Assembly: GCA_012512855.1 (NCBI GenBank)
Contig: JAAZDK010000138.1
Coordinates: 197 to 64,196 of the forward strand
Origin: Clostridiales bacterium
Lineage (GTDB): Bacteria; Bacillota; Clostridia; Lachnospirales; Lachnospiraceae
Direction: 5' to 3'
Length of the DNA: 64,000 bases
Within the stretch, counting starts at the first letter, position 1. Every line of letters starts with the position of its first letter. The notes below the pieces were generated by a model, which searched no databases, was not told the origin of the DNA, and saw nothing but the letters and a program-made list of their open reading frames with translations. Shown here one piece after another: positions 31,042 to 41,464 of the stretch. The position numbers and the translations under genes were made by a program.

Positions 31042-31476
31042 ATGAAGAAAACAAGGCTTGGAATTACCGTAGGATTATTGGGAGCATCAATTTATTTTAT
31101 GTCAATGGTCAGTATTCTGGGGCTGATTATTTTGGCGGGTTATGTTTTACTTTTTGAAGAAAATCCCTGGCTGAAGAAGTCGGCAGTTAAGGCGGTTATT
31201 ATTACTGTTGCTTTTTCACTTATATCAATGCTGATATCAATGGGAAATAATGCATTCGCTATTTTGAACACCATGATTAGCTGGACTCCTGTTAATTTGC
31301 TTAAATTCCAGTTTAAGTATCCCTTCGGATTAGAGACAATTATTCGCAATGGCTTAAGCATATTGGAGAACATTTTATACCTCATATTGGGAATAAAGGC
31401 GCTCAAGCAGGGTTCAATCAAAATAGGATTTATTGATAATTTCATTAACAAGCATATGGATCAAGAGCAAAACTAG
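31042..31476 (+). CDS. Small multi-pass membrane protein
   Basis: RBS ggaggg; 3-4 hydrophobic segments. Confidence 0.75.
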   Translation: MKKTRLGITVGLLGASIYFMSMVSILGLIILAGYVLLFEENPWLKKSAVKAVIITVAFSLISMLISMGNNAFAILNTMISWTPVNLLKFQFKYPFGLETIIRNGLSILENILYLILGIKALKQGSIKIGFIDNFINKHMDQEQN

Positions 31477-31532
31477 GCATACGTTTAAGAAAGAAGTAAG
31501 GATAATACAGTCATGAAGGGCTTGGTGATTAT

Positions 31533-33509
31533 ATGAAAACATGCAGTAAATGCGGCGCACAATGCATGGATGAATTTGCTTTCTGCTCAGCCTGCGGTGC
31601 GAAATTTGAAACTGAACATATACAACAGGAGAAATCAGAAAATAATCAGGCGGAAGAAACAGCCGGGTCATCTATGCAGCCAGAGTCAGAAGCCGGAGTT
31701 CCAATGCAGCCTGCAGAAGGCAGCCATGCACAGACAGGTGAGGCAAATACACCAGTACAGCCTGCAACAGAACCTGCTCAGCCGGCTCCGGCTCCGGTAC
31801 TGGAGGAGCCTGTATTAATAAAATGTGAATTCTGCGGTGAAATGGTTTACAGTAATGAGAAAACCTGCAAAACCTGCGGAGCACAGCTTAATTATTCAAA
31901 ACAGGCAAGTATTGAGGCGGCCACCGGTGAATTTATTACAAGCAATATTAAGAAAATTAAAGAGGCTGGCACTGCAGGTATAAGCAAAATTAAGGCCGCA
32001 GTCAGCTCTGTAGATGGAAACAAGGCAAAGCAGTTGATGGAGCAGTATAAGAAGCATCTGCCTTTTGCAGCTGCAGCCATTGTTTTTCTAATTCTTTTGC
32101 TGGTATTGGTGCCAAGAATGGCTAAATCACCAGTTGTCAATACATATGGGACAAATCAGCTGTCGTATTATTCTGCTGAAGATGAAATGATTTTTTATAC
32201 CAACAGGAAGGTTGTAGCGGAAATTGAAGATACCAGCGGAACACCTGTGTTAAGTATGGACGGATCCAAGGCTGCTATTTTGGCCGATTACAGCAGGGAG
32301 GATGGCGGTTCATTATATCTGATAGATTCCAAGGGCGAGAAGTTTATTGACGATAATGTTTATTATTTTGTGATGGCGCCCTCCGGAAGGGCAGTAGCAT
32401 ATCTGAAGGATTATGATTCTTCGGAGAATTCGGCTACAGTGATGCTGTATAACGGAAGAAAGGCTGTTAAGATCAAAAGTGAAATTAGTACTGGCTATCT
32501 GGATGAGGGATCACTGGTTATTTCGCCTGGCGGAAATGCTGTAGCATATCTTGAGTTTGATGATTATAATGAATATACATCATATATAAGTCTAAACGGC
32601 AGGGAACCAAAGAAGCTGGGTAAATATCAGTTAGTTGCAGCCTTGTCGGATAATGCAAAATATATATATTACATAGAAATGGATGAAGACAGATACACCG
32701 GGGAATTCTATGTGAAAACCGGAAACAATAAGGTAAAACTGGCATCAGATGCGGATGAGCTGGGTAGTTTGATGTTCAATGAGGATTGCAGTCAGCTCCT
32801 GTTCCATTTTGAGAAGAAAACGTATCTTACCATTAAGGGCAGAGAAAAGATAAAGATACTTAACAACAGAGCATATCCACTGCTTCCGTCAAATGCAGTA
32901 AAAATGAATCATATCGGAGATAATATAATATATGGCATTGACAGCTTTTCCAATAAACTGCTGGAGGCAAGTGAGGATATTTATTATCTCAACAGCTGGT
33001 ATGAGACAAACAAGATAAGCGACAGGAATTATAAGGCGCTTATATCAAATGATATGAAAAAGCTGGTATACCTTGATTATTCCGAGTGTTTGCATATTGT
33101 GACAAAGCTGAACAGCAAAAATCCCAAGGATGTGGAGCTGGACGCTTCCGATGATGTTGTCAACTTTACAATATCTGAGGATGGCAGTACTATTTATTAT
33201 GTAAACGAGGATGACGAGCTTTACTCAATCTCCGTATCAAACAGGCCTAATAAGGTAGCCGACGATGTTTCAAAATATAACCTTGTCGCACTTGGAAATA
33301 AGATATATTTCCTGACAGATTATTATGATACAGGAGCCCTGTATTATACTACAGGCAAAAGAAAAACAGCAATCAGAAATGCCGATGAGGTATCCTATGC
33401 ATACAGGCTGGGCAACGGTCTGGTTTATCAGGAAGGCGATTATGATGAGAGAGTAATCTACGGCTCATCTAACGGCAAGTCATTTAAGAAGCTGTTCTCA
33501 GCAGACTAA
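31533..33509 (+). CDS. Zinc-ribbon membrane protein with extracellular beta-propeller-like domain
   Basis: CSKC..CSAC and CEFC..CKTC; P/Q/E/A linker; one TM; TolB-like repeats (SMDGSK, APSGRA, SPGGNA, SEDGST). Confidence 0.75.
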   Translation: MKTCSKCGAQCMDEFAFCSACGAKFETEHIQQEKSENNQAEETAGSSMQPESEAGVPMQPAEGSHAQTGEANTPVQPATEPAQPAPAPVLEEPVLIKCEFCGEMVYSNEKTCKTCGAQLNYSKQASIEAATGEFITSNIKKIKEAGTAGISKIKAAVSSVDGNKAKQLMEQYKKHLPFAAAAIVFLILLLVLVPRMAKSPVVNTYGTNQLSYYSAEDEMIFYTNRKVVAEIEDTSGTPVLSMDGSKAAILADYSREDGGSLYLIDSKGEKFIDDNVYYFVMAPSGRAVAYLKDYDSSENSATVMLYNGRKAVKIKSEISTGYLDEGSLVISPGGNAVAYLEFDDYNEYTSYISLNGREPKKLGKYQLVAALSDNAKYIYYIEMDEDRYTGEFYVKTGNNKVKLASDADELGSLMFNEDCSQLLFHFEKKTYLTIKGREKIKILNNRAYPLLPSNAVKMNHIGDNIIYGIDSFSNKLLEASEDIYYLNSWYETNKISDRNYKALISNDMKKLVYLDYSECLHIVTKLNSKNPKDVELDASDDVVNFTISEDGSTIYYVNEDDELYSISVSNRPNKVADDVSKYNLVALGNKIYFLTDYYDTGALYYTTGKRKTAIRNADEVSYAYRLGNGLVYQEGDYDERVIYGSSNGKSFKKLFSAD

Positions 33510-33559
33510 AATGCGAATGAGCTCTGAATAAGAGAATATAAAGAATAATGTAGAATAAT

Positions 33560-33615
33560 AAAGTCAGTTCAGGATGCATAGCAATTGGCAAGCATTTGCA
33601 TCCTGAACTGACTTT
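33560..33615. terminator. Bidirectional terminator with 19-bp perfect arms
   Basis: aaagtcagttcaggatgca...tgcatcctgaactgacttt. Confidence 0.8.
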
Positions 33616-33665
33616 TTGCGTTTTGCAGTTTTTATGGAAGGGTTAAGTTAAATTCATGTATAATG

Positions 33666-34103
33666 TTATTGTACAACTACACCCTTTTTCAGAATAATGT
33701 TGGCATAAAGAGCTGTTTCACCTGTCATTATGACAGCACAGGATTTTTCCTTAACCCTGTTGTAAAATTCCCACTTGTCAATTTCTTCAAAGCAGTCGGC
33801 GCCTCTGCTGTCGTATTTAGCAACGATTTTTTTGTAAGTATCCCAAATGGGAGTTTCGACCGGATCGCCGTCAACAACCTTCATTAAGGTAACAGGCTTG
33901 TCGACATAAGTGTCCAGAGGAAACAGCTGAAGGATGGCATCAAGAATCTCAGGCACTCCATGACCATCCAGACGGATTACCTTCCTGCCATAGGTATGTC
34001 CGGGGAAATTGCCGTCTCCGATAGTAATTTCATCAGTATGACCCATTTCGCATAATACCTTTAATAATTCCGGTGATAAAATCGGCGGTATTCCTTTAAG
34101 CAT
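33666..34103 (-). CDS. fucU: RbsD/FucU family sugar mutarotase
   Basis: MLKGIP..LSPELL..L.EMGH.DE...D.NFP; TGETALYANIILKKGV. Confidence 0.88.
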   Translation of the reverse strand: MLKGIPPILSPELLKVLCEMGHTDEITIGDGNFPGHTYGRKVIRLDGHGVPEILDAILQLFPLDTYVDKPVTLMKVVDGDPVETPIWDTYKKIVAKYDSRGADCFEEIDKWEFYNRVKEKSCAVIMTGETALYANIILKKGVVVQ

Positions 34104-34122
34104 CAGACAAATCCTCCTAAAA

Positions 34123-34180
34123 AACTGAAACGTTTCAGTTAAGATATTATTATCATATAATCAGCCATAAGGGATGTCAA
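34123..34180 (-). promoter_or_regulatory. fucU promoter and LacI-type operator
   Basis: Minus strand ttgaca-17 bp-tatgat; perfect palindrome aactgaaacgtttcagtt at 34123-34140. Confidence 0.8.
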
Positions 34181-34400
34181 TACGTAAAGCTTGACTTGAG
34201 CTGCTTTTAATCCTATAATTTTATTGCAATTTGAATTTTATACCAATGATTGCATTCTATTTTCATAAGACAGATAAAATCGTCAGATAACTTTATGATT
34301 ATAAAATAAATGAATTAATAAAATAAAATGAGTACTCTGATGAAAAACTAACATAAGATAAAGATTAGCATCATTTCTGATGCAGGGACGGAGGACAGCT

Positions 34401-35435
34401 ATGAATAAAATATGTTTTTTTGATACCAAGCCTTATGATAAGACCTACTTTGAAGCCTTGAAGGCAAAATACGACATTGATATCGAATATTTTGAGCCGA
34501 AGCTGGGGCCCAAGACCGCATTTATGGCAAAGGGCTTTGAGGCTGTGGTAGCCTTTGTTAATGACAATATCAATCAGGAAACCATTGATATACTGTATGA
34601 AAACGGAGTAAGACTGATAGCCATGCGCTGCGCCGGCTATAACAATGTTGACTTTAAGACTGCATACAAGAAAATACATGTGGTACGTGTTCCTGCATAT
34701 TCACCCTATGCGGTAGCCGAGCATGCAATGGCATTATTGCTGACACTTAACAGAAAAATACACAGGGCATATGTCAGAACCAGGGATTTCAACTTCAGCC
34801 TTAACGGCCTGATGGGATTTGACCTGCATGGCAAGACTGTCGGAGTTATCGGTACAGGAAAAATAGGTCAGATTTTCGTAAACATATGCAAGGGCTTCGG
34901 AATGAGGGTTATTGCCTATGATCCCTATCCTTTGAAGGATGCCGGCATTGAGTACGTGAAGCTTAATGAGCTGTGCAGGGAAGCTGATATTATATCCCTG
35001 CATTGCCCCCTTACGAAGGATACCTTCCATATGATAAACAAAGACATGATAAGCCTTATGAAGGATGGGGTATACATCATTAACACATCAAGAGGCGCTC
35101 TCATAAACAGCGAGGATCTGCTTGAAGCATTGAAGGATGAGAAGATCGGCGGCGCCTGCCTTGATGTATATGAAGAAGAAACAGAGCTGTTTTATGAGGA
35201 TATGTCCTATACGGTTATCAAGGATGACGTATTGGCCAGAATTATTTCCATGCCGAATGTCATTGTAACATCACATCAGGCTTTTTTGACCAAAGAGGCC
35301 TTATACAATATTGCTGAAACGACTCTTTCAAACTGCAGAGAGTATTTTGACGGCAAGGGGCTTACAAATGAAGTATGCTATAAGTGCAGCAAGGGAGAGC
35401 CCTGCCCCAAGGGAAAGAATAAAAGCTGCTTCTAA
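34401..35435 (+). CDS. ldhA: D-lactate dehydrogenase (D-2-hydroxyacid dehydrogenase)
   Basis: AFVND, RCAGYNNVD, VPAYSPYAVAEH, GTGKIG, LHCPL, INTSRG, DVYEEE, TSHQAF. Confidence 0.88.
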   Translation: MNKICFFDTKPYDKTYFEALKAKYDIDIEYFEPKLGPKTAFMAKGFEAVVAFVNDNINQETIDILYENGVRLIAMRCAGYNNVDFKTAYKKIHVVRVPAYSPYAVAEHAMALLLTLNRKIHRAYVRTRDFNFSLNGLMGFDLHGKTVGVIGTGKIGQIFVNICKGFGMRVIAYDPYPLKDAGIEYVKLNELCREADIISLHCPLTKDTFHMINKDMISLMKDGVYIINTSRGALINSEDLLEALKDEKIGGACLDVYEEETELFYEDMSYTVIKDDVLARIISMPNVIVTSHQAFLTKEALYNIAETTLSNCREYFDGKGLTNEVCYKCSKGEPCPKGKNKSCF

Positions 35436-35539
35436 ATATAATGCATATATGTATAATGAATGTATGTATAATGATATTTGAAATCAACATTGATGAATTA
35501 ATTTTAACAGTCATCTAAGTAATCATTTAATGATATGGT

Positions 35540-35605
35540 AAGAGCGGTAAAAGCTTGTATGAAACGGCTGAAGATGCCGGATAAGCTTTTGCCGCCTTGT
35601 TTTCT
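35540..35605 (+). terminator. Intrinsic terminator
   Basis: gcggtaaaagctt...aagcttttgccgc plus T-rich tail. Confidence 0.6.
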
Positions 35606-35623
35606 TTAAATCATAAAAATACA

Positions 35624-35680
35624 TTGACATAAAAGCTGAAGAGGAATAATATGTTTTTAAGAAACAGAAACGTTTCGGCG
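35624..35680 (+). promoter_or_regulatory. Promoter and LacI-type operator of the aldolase operon
   Basis: ttgaca(35624)-17 bp-taatat; aacagaaacgtttcggcg (35663-35680) shares the gaaacgtttc core with the fucU operator. Confidence 0.78.
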
Positions 35681-35699
35681 GAAAGTGAGGTAATAAAAA

Positions 35700-36572
35700 A
35701 TGCCTTTGACAACATCAGAGCAGATGCTGCTGGCAGCAAAAAAGGGCAGATATGCCATAGGTGCATTTAATGTTGAAAACATGGAAATGGTTAAGGCTGT
35801 TATAGCCGCAGCCGAGGAGCTTTCAGCTCCGGTTATCCTTCAGACCACTCCATCGACTGTAAAGTACGGGTCACTGGAGACCTATGCGGCTATTGTAACA
35901 GCTGAGGCAAAAAAGGCAAAGGTTCCAGTTGCCTTGCATCTGGATCACGGCAACAGCTTCGAGCTGGCTGTAAGGGCCATAAAAGAGGGATATAGCTCTA
36001 TAATGATAGATGGGTCACATGAAGCCTTTGAGGATAATATTGCCCTGACCAAAAGGGTGGTTGAGGTGGCCAGAGCAGGCGGTATTCCGGTTGAAGCCGA
36101 GCTTGGCAAGGTAGGAGGCAAGGAGGATGATTTGACGGCTGAGGCGGATACCAATACTGATCCGGATGAGGCTGCCGAATTTGTGGAAAGAACCGGAGTT
36201 AACAGTCTGGCGGTGGCTATAGGAACGGCACATGGATTTTATATTGGTACACCTGTACTGGATAAGGACAGACTGTCTGAAATAAGCAGGCGCGTATCTG
36301 TACCACTGGTTTTACATGGAGCCAGTGGACTAAGCGATCAGGATATAAGAGATTGTATTGAAAGGGGCATCTGCAAGGTGAATTTTGCAACCGAGCTTCG
36401 TGCCGCCTATACGGATGCAATCAAGGAGCTGTTAAAGGAAAAGGCTGAGACCTTTGACCCCAAGAGCCTGGGTAAGGCAGGTATGGAAAGGGTTAAGGAG
36501 CTGGTTAAAAACCGTATTCTGGTCTGTGGCTGTGATAAAAAGGCAGGGATTGTAATTGGCTGCAACGATTAA
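35700..36572 (+). CDS. Class II ketose-bisphosphate aldolase (tagatose/fructose-1,6-bisphosphate)
   Basis: AIGAFN, LHLDHG, MIDGS, VEAELG, AIGTAHG, LVLHGASG, KVNFATE. Confidence 0.92.
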   Translation: MPLTTSEQMLLAAKKGRYAIGAFNVENMEMVKAVIAAAEELSAPVILQTTPSTVKYGSLETYAAIVTAEAKKAKVPVALHLDHGNSFELAVRAIKEGYSSIMIDGSHEAFEDNIALTKRVVEVARAGGIPVEAELGKVGGKEDDLTAEADTNTDPDEAAEFVERTGVNSLAVAIGTAHGFYIGTPVLDKDRLSEISRRVSVPLVLHGASGLSDQDIRDCIERGICKVNFATELRAAYTDAIKELLKEKAETFDPKSLGKAGMERVKELVKNRILVCGCDKKAGIVIGCND

Positions 36573-37569
36573 GGATATTGCCAGGCTTACAGGGCTGGGA
36601 CTTGCCACTATTTCGTCTTATATAAACGGGGGAAATGTTCGCAAGGAGAACAAGGAAAAGATAGAGGCTGCCATTAAGGAACTGAATTTTGAGGTTAATG
36701 AGGTGGCACGCGGCCTGAAAACCAAAAGAACCAAGACTGTCGGTGTGGTAATACCTGAGCTGAATAATAAATTCTGTACTGATATTATAACAGCGATGGA
36801 GGATATTCTCCGCAATCATGGCTACGCTACGATTGTCTGTGACTGCAGAACCGATCGTGAGCTTGAGAAAAGGGCTGTTGAATTCTTGTACCGCAAAAGG
36901 GTGGACGGAATAATAAATATGCCTGTTGGCTGTGACGGCTCGCATCTGGACTGTTTTCGTAAGGCAAACATACCTGTCGTCCTGATAGACAGGAAAATCA
37001 ACGGCATCGACTGTGATTATGTGTTGGTGGATAACCTTGCGGCAGCAAAAAATGCCGTTATGAGCCTGATAGGCGTAGGGCATAGCCGAATTGGCATGAT
37101 TGGAGGCCCGACAGATATATACACAGCCCAGGAAAGACTTTTGGGATACAAGCTGGCCTTAATGGAGGCCGGCATAGTTCCTGATGAAGGACTGATAGAG
37201 CATGGGGACTATACCATAAACAGCGGGGTACATTGCATAGAGAGGCTGATAAAGAATAATCCGGATATGACGGCAGTCTTTGTAGCCAACTACGAGATGA
37301 CCATGGGAGCCGTGATAGGGCTGAATGAGCTGGGTGTGAGGATACCCGATGATATTTCATTTATAGGCTTTGACAGTGAGGAATTTGCCAGAGCCTGCAG
37401 GCCTAAGCTGACCATTGTAACCCAGCCGACAGCCGAGATAGGGAAAAAGGTTGCGGAAATTATCCTGCAGAGGATGGAAAAACCGCAGGCAGCCGGCCCG
37501 GCAGATTTTAAGCTTATCAAGCTGCAGACGAAGCTGGTGGAGGGCAGCTCGGTTAAAAGGATTATATAA
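36556..37569 (+). CDS. LacI-family transcriptional regulator
   Basis: ATIKDIARLTGLGLATIS; ARGLK; IPDDISFIGFD. Confidence 0.95.
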   Translation: MAATIKDIARLTGLGLATISSYINGGNVRKENKEKIEAAIKELNFEVNEVARGLKTKRTKTVGVVIPELNNKFCTDIITAMEDILRNHGYATIVCDCRTDRELEKRAVEFLYRKRVDGIINMPVGCDGSHLDCFRKANIPVVLIDRKINGIDCDYVLVDNLAAAKNAVMSLIGVGHSRIGMIGGPTDIYTAQERLLGYKLALMEAGIVPDEGLIEHGDYTINSGVHCIERLIKNNPDMTAVFVANYEMTMGAVIGLNELGVRIPDDISFIGFDSEEFARACRPKLTIVTQPTAEIGKKVAEIILQRMEKPQAAGPADFKLIKLQTKLVEGSSVKRII

Positions 37570-37635
37570 AGACACTATATAAGGCTCAATATTAGCGATA
37601 AAGATTTTATAATGATAAATATTAGCGATTAGGCT

Positions 37636-39168
37636 ATGAAAGGAATGAGCAAGAGCTTGGAGAAATATTTGCTCGGAATTGATATTGGAACCAGTGCCTG
37701 CAAGGTGGCGCTTTTTGACCGTCAGGGTAAAGTAATAGCATCCGGCAGCGGTGAGTATCCGGTGTATTATCCGGAGCCGGGTTATGCAGAGCAGGATCCC
37801 GGGCAGTGGTGGGAGGCTGTCTGCAGTACTATTAAGACCGTGCTATCAAAGTCTGGCATTGACAATAGGGATATCGCGGCAGTCGGAGTTGACGGTCAGA
37901 GCTGGTCTGCAATTGCCCTTGATAAGGAGGGAGAGCTTTTAGCCAATACTCCCATCTGGATGGATACACGAGCTGATGCCATATGCAGGCGGCTTAACCG
38001 GGAAATTGGGGAGGACGAGATATTTTCGCTGGCAGGCAATCCGCTCCAGGCCTCCTATACCACAGGCAAGATAATATGGTACAAGGAAAATATGCCGCAA
38101 ATTTATAAACGGATTTATAAGATACTGCAGTCAAACAGCTTTATAGTATACAGGCTGACAGGGGTACTTAGTCAGGACAAATCCCAGGGCTATGGCCTGC
38201 ATTGCTTTGATATGCGCAGGGGCAGCTGGGACAGGGATATGTGCAGGGCGCTTGGAATAGAATATGATTTCCTTCCTGATATATATGAATGTCATCAGCC
38301 GGTAGGCAAGGTAACACCGGAGGCCGCAAAGCAGTGCGGACTGGCAGCAGGCACACCGGTGGTGGCAGGCGGGCTTGACGCTGCCTGCGGAACCCTGGGG
38401 GCAGGTGTAATTTATCCGGACCAGACCCAGGAGCAGGGCGGTCAGGCAGGTGGAATGAGCATATGCCTTGACAACTACAGTGCCGATCCCAGGCTGATAC
38501 TTGGATTTCATGTGGTGCCCGGCCTGTGGCTACTGCAGGGAGGTACTACAGGTGGCGGCGGAGTGATGCGCTGGATTGAGAAGGAATTTGCCGACCTTGA
38601 GAAGGAAGAGGCGGCACGGCTTGGCAAATCCACCCTGGCCCTACTTGATGAGGCTGCCGGCAGGATTAATCCGGGAAGTGACGGAGTGGTCTTTTTGCCG
38701 TATATGGCAGGTGAACGCTCTCCCGTATGGGATGTAAAGGCAAAGGGAGTCTTTTACGGACTTGATTTTAGTAAAAGCAAGGCCCATTTAGTAAGGGCCG
38801 CCATGGAGGGAGTGGCCTTTTCCCTGAGGCATAACCTTGAGGTGGCATATGCGGCTGGTGCAAAGGTAAAGATGCTGAGAGCCATGGGAGGGGCGGCAAA
38901 CTCCCTGCTTTGGACTCAGATTAAAGCGGATGTTACCGGCCTGCCTATTGAGGTGGTGGCCTCCGATACGGCAACAACCCTGGGTGCAGCCATACTTGCC
39001 GGAGTTGGCACAGGATTTTACAGGGATTTTGATGAAGCAGTCAAGCTGACTGTCAGGGTCAGGAGGCAGCATGAGCCGGACGAATCAAAGAGAAGCCTGT
39101 ATGATAAAAATTACAGGATTTATCTGGACTTGTACAATAGCCTGAAGGAGATTATGCATAGAGAGTAA
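37636..39168 (+). CDS. FGGY-family carbohydrate kinase (xylulokinase-like); exact start uncertain
   Basis: LLGIDIGTSACK, WMDTRA, GGLDAAC, FLPYMAGERSP, EGVAF, GGAANS. Confidence 0.9.
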   Translation: MKGMSKSLEKYLLGIDIGTSACKVALFDRQGKVIASGSGEYPVYYPEPGYAEQDPGQWWEAVCSTIKTVLSKSGIDNRDIAAVGVDGQSWSAIALDKEGELLANTPIWMDTRADAICRRLNREIGEDEIFSLAGNPLQASYTTGKIIWYKENMPQIYKRIYKILQSNSFIVYRLTGVLSQDKSQGYGLHCFDMRRGSWDRDMCRALGIEYDFLPDIYECHQPVGKVTPEAAKQCGLAAGTPVVAGGLDAACGTLGAGVIYPDQTQEQGGQAGGMSICLDNYSADPRLILGFHVVPGLWLLQGGTTGGGGVMRWIEKEFADLEKEEAARLGKSTLALLDEAAGRINPGSDGVVFLPYMAGERSPVWDVKAKGVFYGLDFSKSKAHLVRAAMEGVAFSLRHNLEVAYAAGAKVKMLRAMGGAANSLLWTQIKADVTGLPIEVVASDTATTLGAAILAGVGTGFYRDFDEAVKLTVRVRRQHEPDESKRSLYDKNYRIYLDLYNSLKEIMHRE

Positions 39169-39305
39169 TGGCTTCATAGGAAGGGCTCAATAAAACATAT
39201 TGGTATGTAAAGAAATCAGCAGCAAAAAATAAAAACTATATCAGCATCGGTATTTATAAGCATATATCAAAAATAAGCAAGGTGGAAAGAGGGCAGGATT
39301 TCATT

Positions 39306-40355
39306 ATGAAAGCGGCAGTAGTATGTGCAAATGAGGATGTGCGCTATATGGATTATGAAGAGCCGGTCACCAGACCCGGCACGGTAAAAATTAGAATAAA
39401 GGCGTCAGGAATATGCGGTTCCGATGTCCCAAGGGTATTGCACCATGGTGTACATTTTTATCCGATAGTATTGGGACATGAATTCTCAGGTGACGTAGTG
39501 GAGATTGGCGAAGGGGTAACAAGGGTGAAGGTAGGCGATCGGGTTTCCGGAGCGCCGCTGCTGCCCTGTATGACCTGTGAGGATTGCCAGAAGGGCAATT
39601 ATTCATTGTGCAAGCATTACAGCTTTATCGGATCGAGAGAGCAGGGAAGCAATGCCGACTATCTGGTTATTCCTGAAAGAAATGCCGTTGTATTTGACAA
39701 AAGCGTCTCCTATGAGCAGGGGGCAATGTTTGAGCCGTCAACGGTGGCCCTTCACGGACTCATGCTGAACGACTATCAGGGCGGCAAATATGTAGCCATT
39801 TTAGGCGGCGGCACCATTGGGATATTTACTATGCAGTGGGCAAAAATCTACGGCGGCAGAAAAGTGGTGGTGTTTGACATCAACAATGACAGGCTGGCTC
39901 TTGCCAGGCGCCTTGGAGCCGATGAGGTGGTCAATACCGCCGAGGAAGGCTTTATGAAGAGGGCTATGGATATCACAGGCGGTAAGGGCTATGACTATGT
40001 ATTTGAAACGGCAGGAGCCGCTCCGACCATGTATATGGCCTTTGAGCTGGCAGCCAACAAGGCAAATGTATGCTTTATCGGTACGCCCCATGTAAGCCTG
40101 GAGTTTTCACAGAAGCTTTGGGAAAATATGAACCGCAAGGAGTTTAAGCTCACCGGTTCCTGGATGAGCTACAGTGCGCCCTTTCCGGGGAAGGAATGGG
40201 AGCTGACAGCCCATTACTTTGCCACGGGCCAGCTTAAGTTTGATGAAGGCCTGATTGCCATGAGGCTGCCTATGAGCAAGGCGCAGGAGGCCTTCCAGCT
40301 GTATAAAAAGCCCGGAGGGGTAAGCGGCAAAATCCTGCTGATAAATGAAGACTGA
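39306..40355 (+). CDS. Zinc-dependent polyol-phosphate dehydrogenase (galactitol-1-phosphate 5-dehydrogenase-like)
   Basis: GICGSD, LGHEFSG, C..C..C.......C, GGGTIG, GSWMSYSAPFPG.EW as in GatD-like enzymes. Confidence 0.85.
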   Translation: MKAAVVCANEDVRYMDYEEPVTRPGTVKIRIKASGICGSDVPRVLHHGVHFYPIVLGHEFSGDVVEIGEGVTRVKVGDRVSGAPLLPCMTCEDCQKGNYSLCKHYSFIGSREQGSNADYLVIPERNAVVFDKSVSYEQGAMFEPSTVALHGLMLNDYQGGKYVAILGGGTIGIFTMQWAKIYGGRKVVVFDINNDRLALARRLGADEVVNTAEEGFMKRAMDITGGKGYDYVFETAGAAPTMYMAFELAANKANVCFIGTPHVSLEFSQKLWENMNRKEFKLTGSWMSYSAPFPGKEWELTAHYFATGQLKFDEGLIAMRLPMSKAQEAFQLYKKPGGVSGKILLINED

Positions 40356-40396
40356 TGTAAGCAAAATAGCTTTGGATACGAAAGGATATAGCAGGG

Positions 40397-41329
40397 ATGA
40401 TACTGACAGTTACATTGAATGCGGCTATAGATAAACGCTATGTAGTGGAGCAGCTGAGGCCGGGTGAAGTAAACCGGGTTAAGGAGATTAGCTACTCTGC
40501 AGGAGGCAAAGGCCTGAATGTGGCCAGAGTGGCGGCACTTGCAGGAGAAGCGGTATGCGCAACCGGCTTTGTCGGTGGACATGCAGGAAACTATATTATT
40601 GAAACTCTGCAGAAGCAAAATATCAGAAGTGACTTTGTCCATATAATGGGAGAAAGCAGAAGCTGCATAAATATATATGACGAAGCAAGCAAAATCCAGA
40701 CGGAGATCCTTGAGCCGGGAGCCGGAGTTACAGAGGAGGATAAGGAGAGAATGCTGCAAAAATTCCGGCAGCTGATATCTGAGTCCAGCCTTGTGGCCAT
40801 ATCCGGCAGTGTTCCCCAGGGAGCGGATGCCTCCCTGTATGTAAAAATGATAGAAATAGCAAGTCAGCAGGGCAAAAGGGTAATACTTGATACCAGCGGC
40901 AGGCTTCTTGAGGAGGCAATAAAGGCAGTACCATATATGATCAAGCCCAACATGGATGAGATCAGAATGCTGACCGGTAAGAGCCTAAAGACTCAGGCAG
41001 AGCTGCTGCAGGCTGCAAAGCAGCTGCATCAGTCAGGAATAGAGCTTGTGGTAATATCCTGTGGCTCAGATGGCTCGCTCACCGTCTGCAGGGAAGGGGT
41101 ATACCGGGCAATCGCCCCCAGGGTTGAGGTGGTAAATACCGTAGGCTGTGGGGATTCACTGGTAGCCGGCTTTGCGGTAGGCTTGTGCAGAAATATGCCT
41201 ATCGAGGATACAATAAAGCTTGCCACAGCCATCTCGGCAGCCAATGCCATGCGGGTAGAGACCGGCTATTTTAGACCTGAGGATATGCAGGAGTTATTGC
41301 CCCGGGTTAAGGTGGAAAGGCTTGAATAA
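40397..41329 (+). CDS. 1-phosphofructokinase / tagatose-6-phosphate kinase (PfkB, LacC/FruK subfamily)
   Basis: MILTVTLN.AID, GGKGLNVA, SGSVP, IKPN..E, NTVGCGDS. Confidence 0.92.
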   Translation: MILTVTLNAAIDKRYVVEQLRPGEVNRVKEISYSAGGKGLNVARVAALAGEAVCATGFVGGHAGNYIIETLQKQNIRSDFVHIMGESRSCINIYDEASKIQTEILEPGAGVTEEDKERMLQKFRQLISESSLVAISGSVPQGADASLYVKMIEIASQQGKRVILDTSGRLLEEAIKAVPYMIKPNMDEIRMLTGKSLKTQAELLQAAKQLHQSGIELVVISCGSDGSLTVCREGVYRAIAPRVEVVNTVGCGDSLVAGFAVGLCRNMPIEDTIKLATAISAANAMRVETGYFRPEDMQELLPRVKVERLE

Positions 41330-41464
41330 GGATGTCGTATCTGATTGCTTGAGGAAACAGGCTAATCCGGATATTAAATAGCATATGAATAAAAATTAAT
41401 TTTGGATTTTTATAAGGATTAAGGAAAATAGATTTAAATCAGGACAAGAAAAGGAGAAGTTTGT

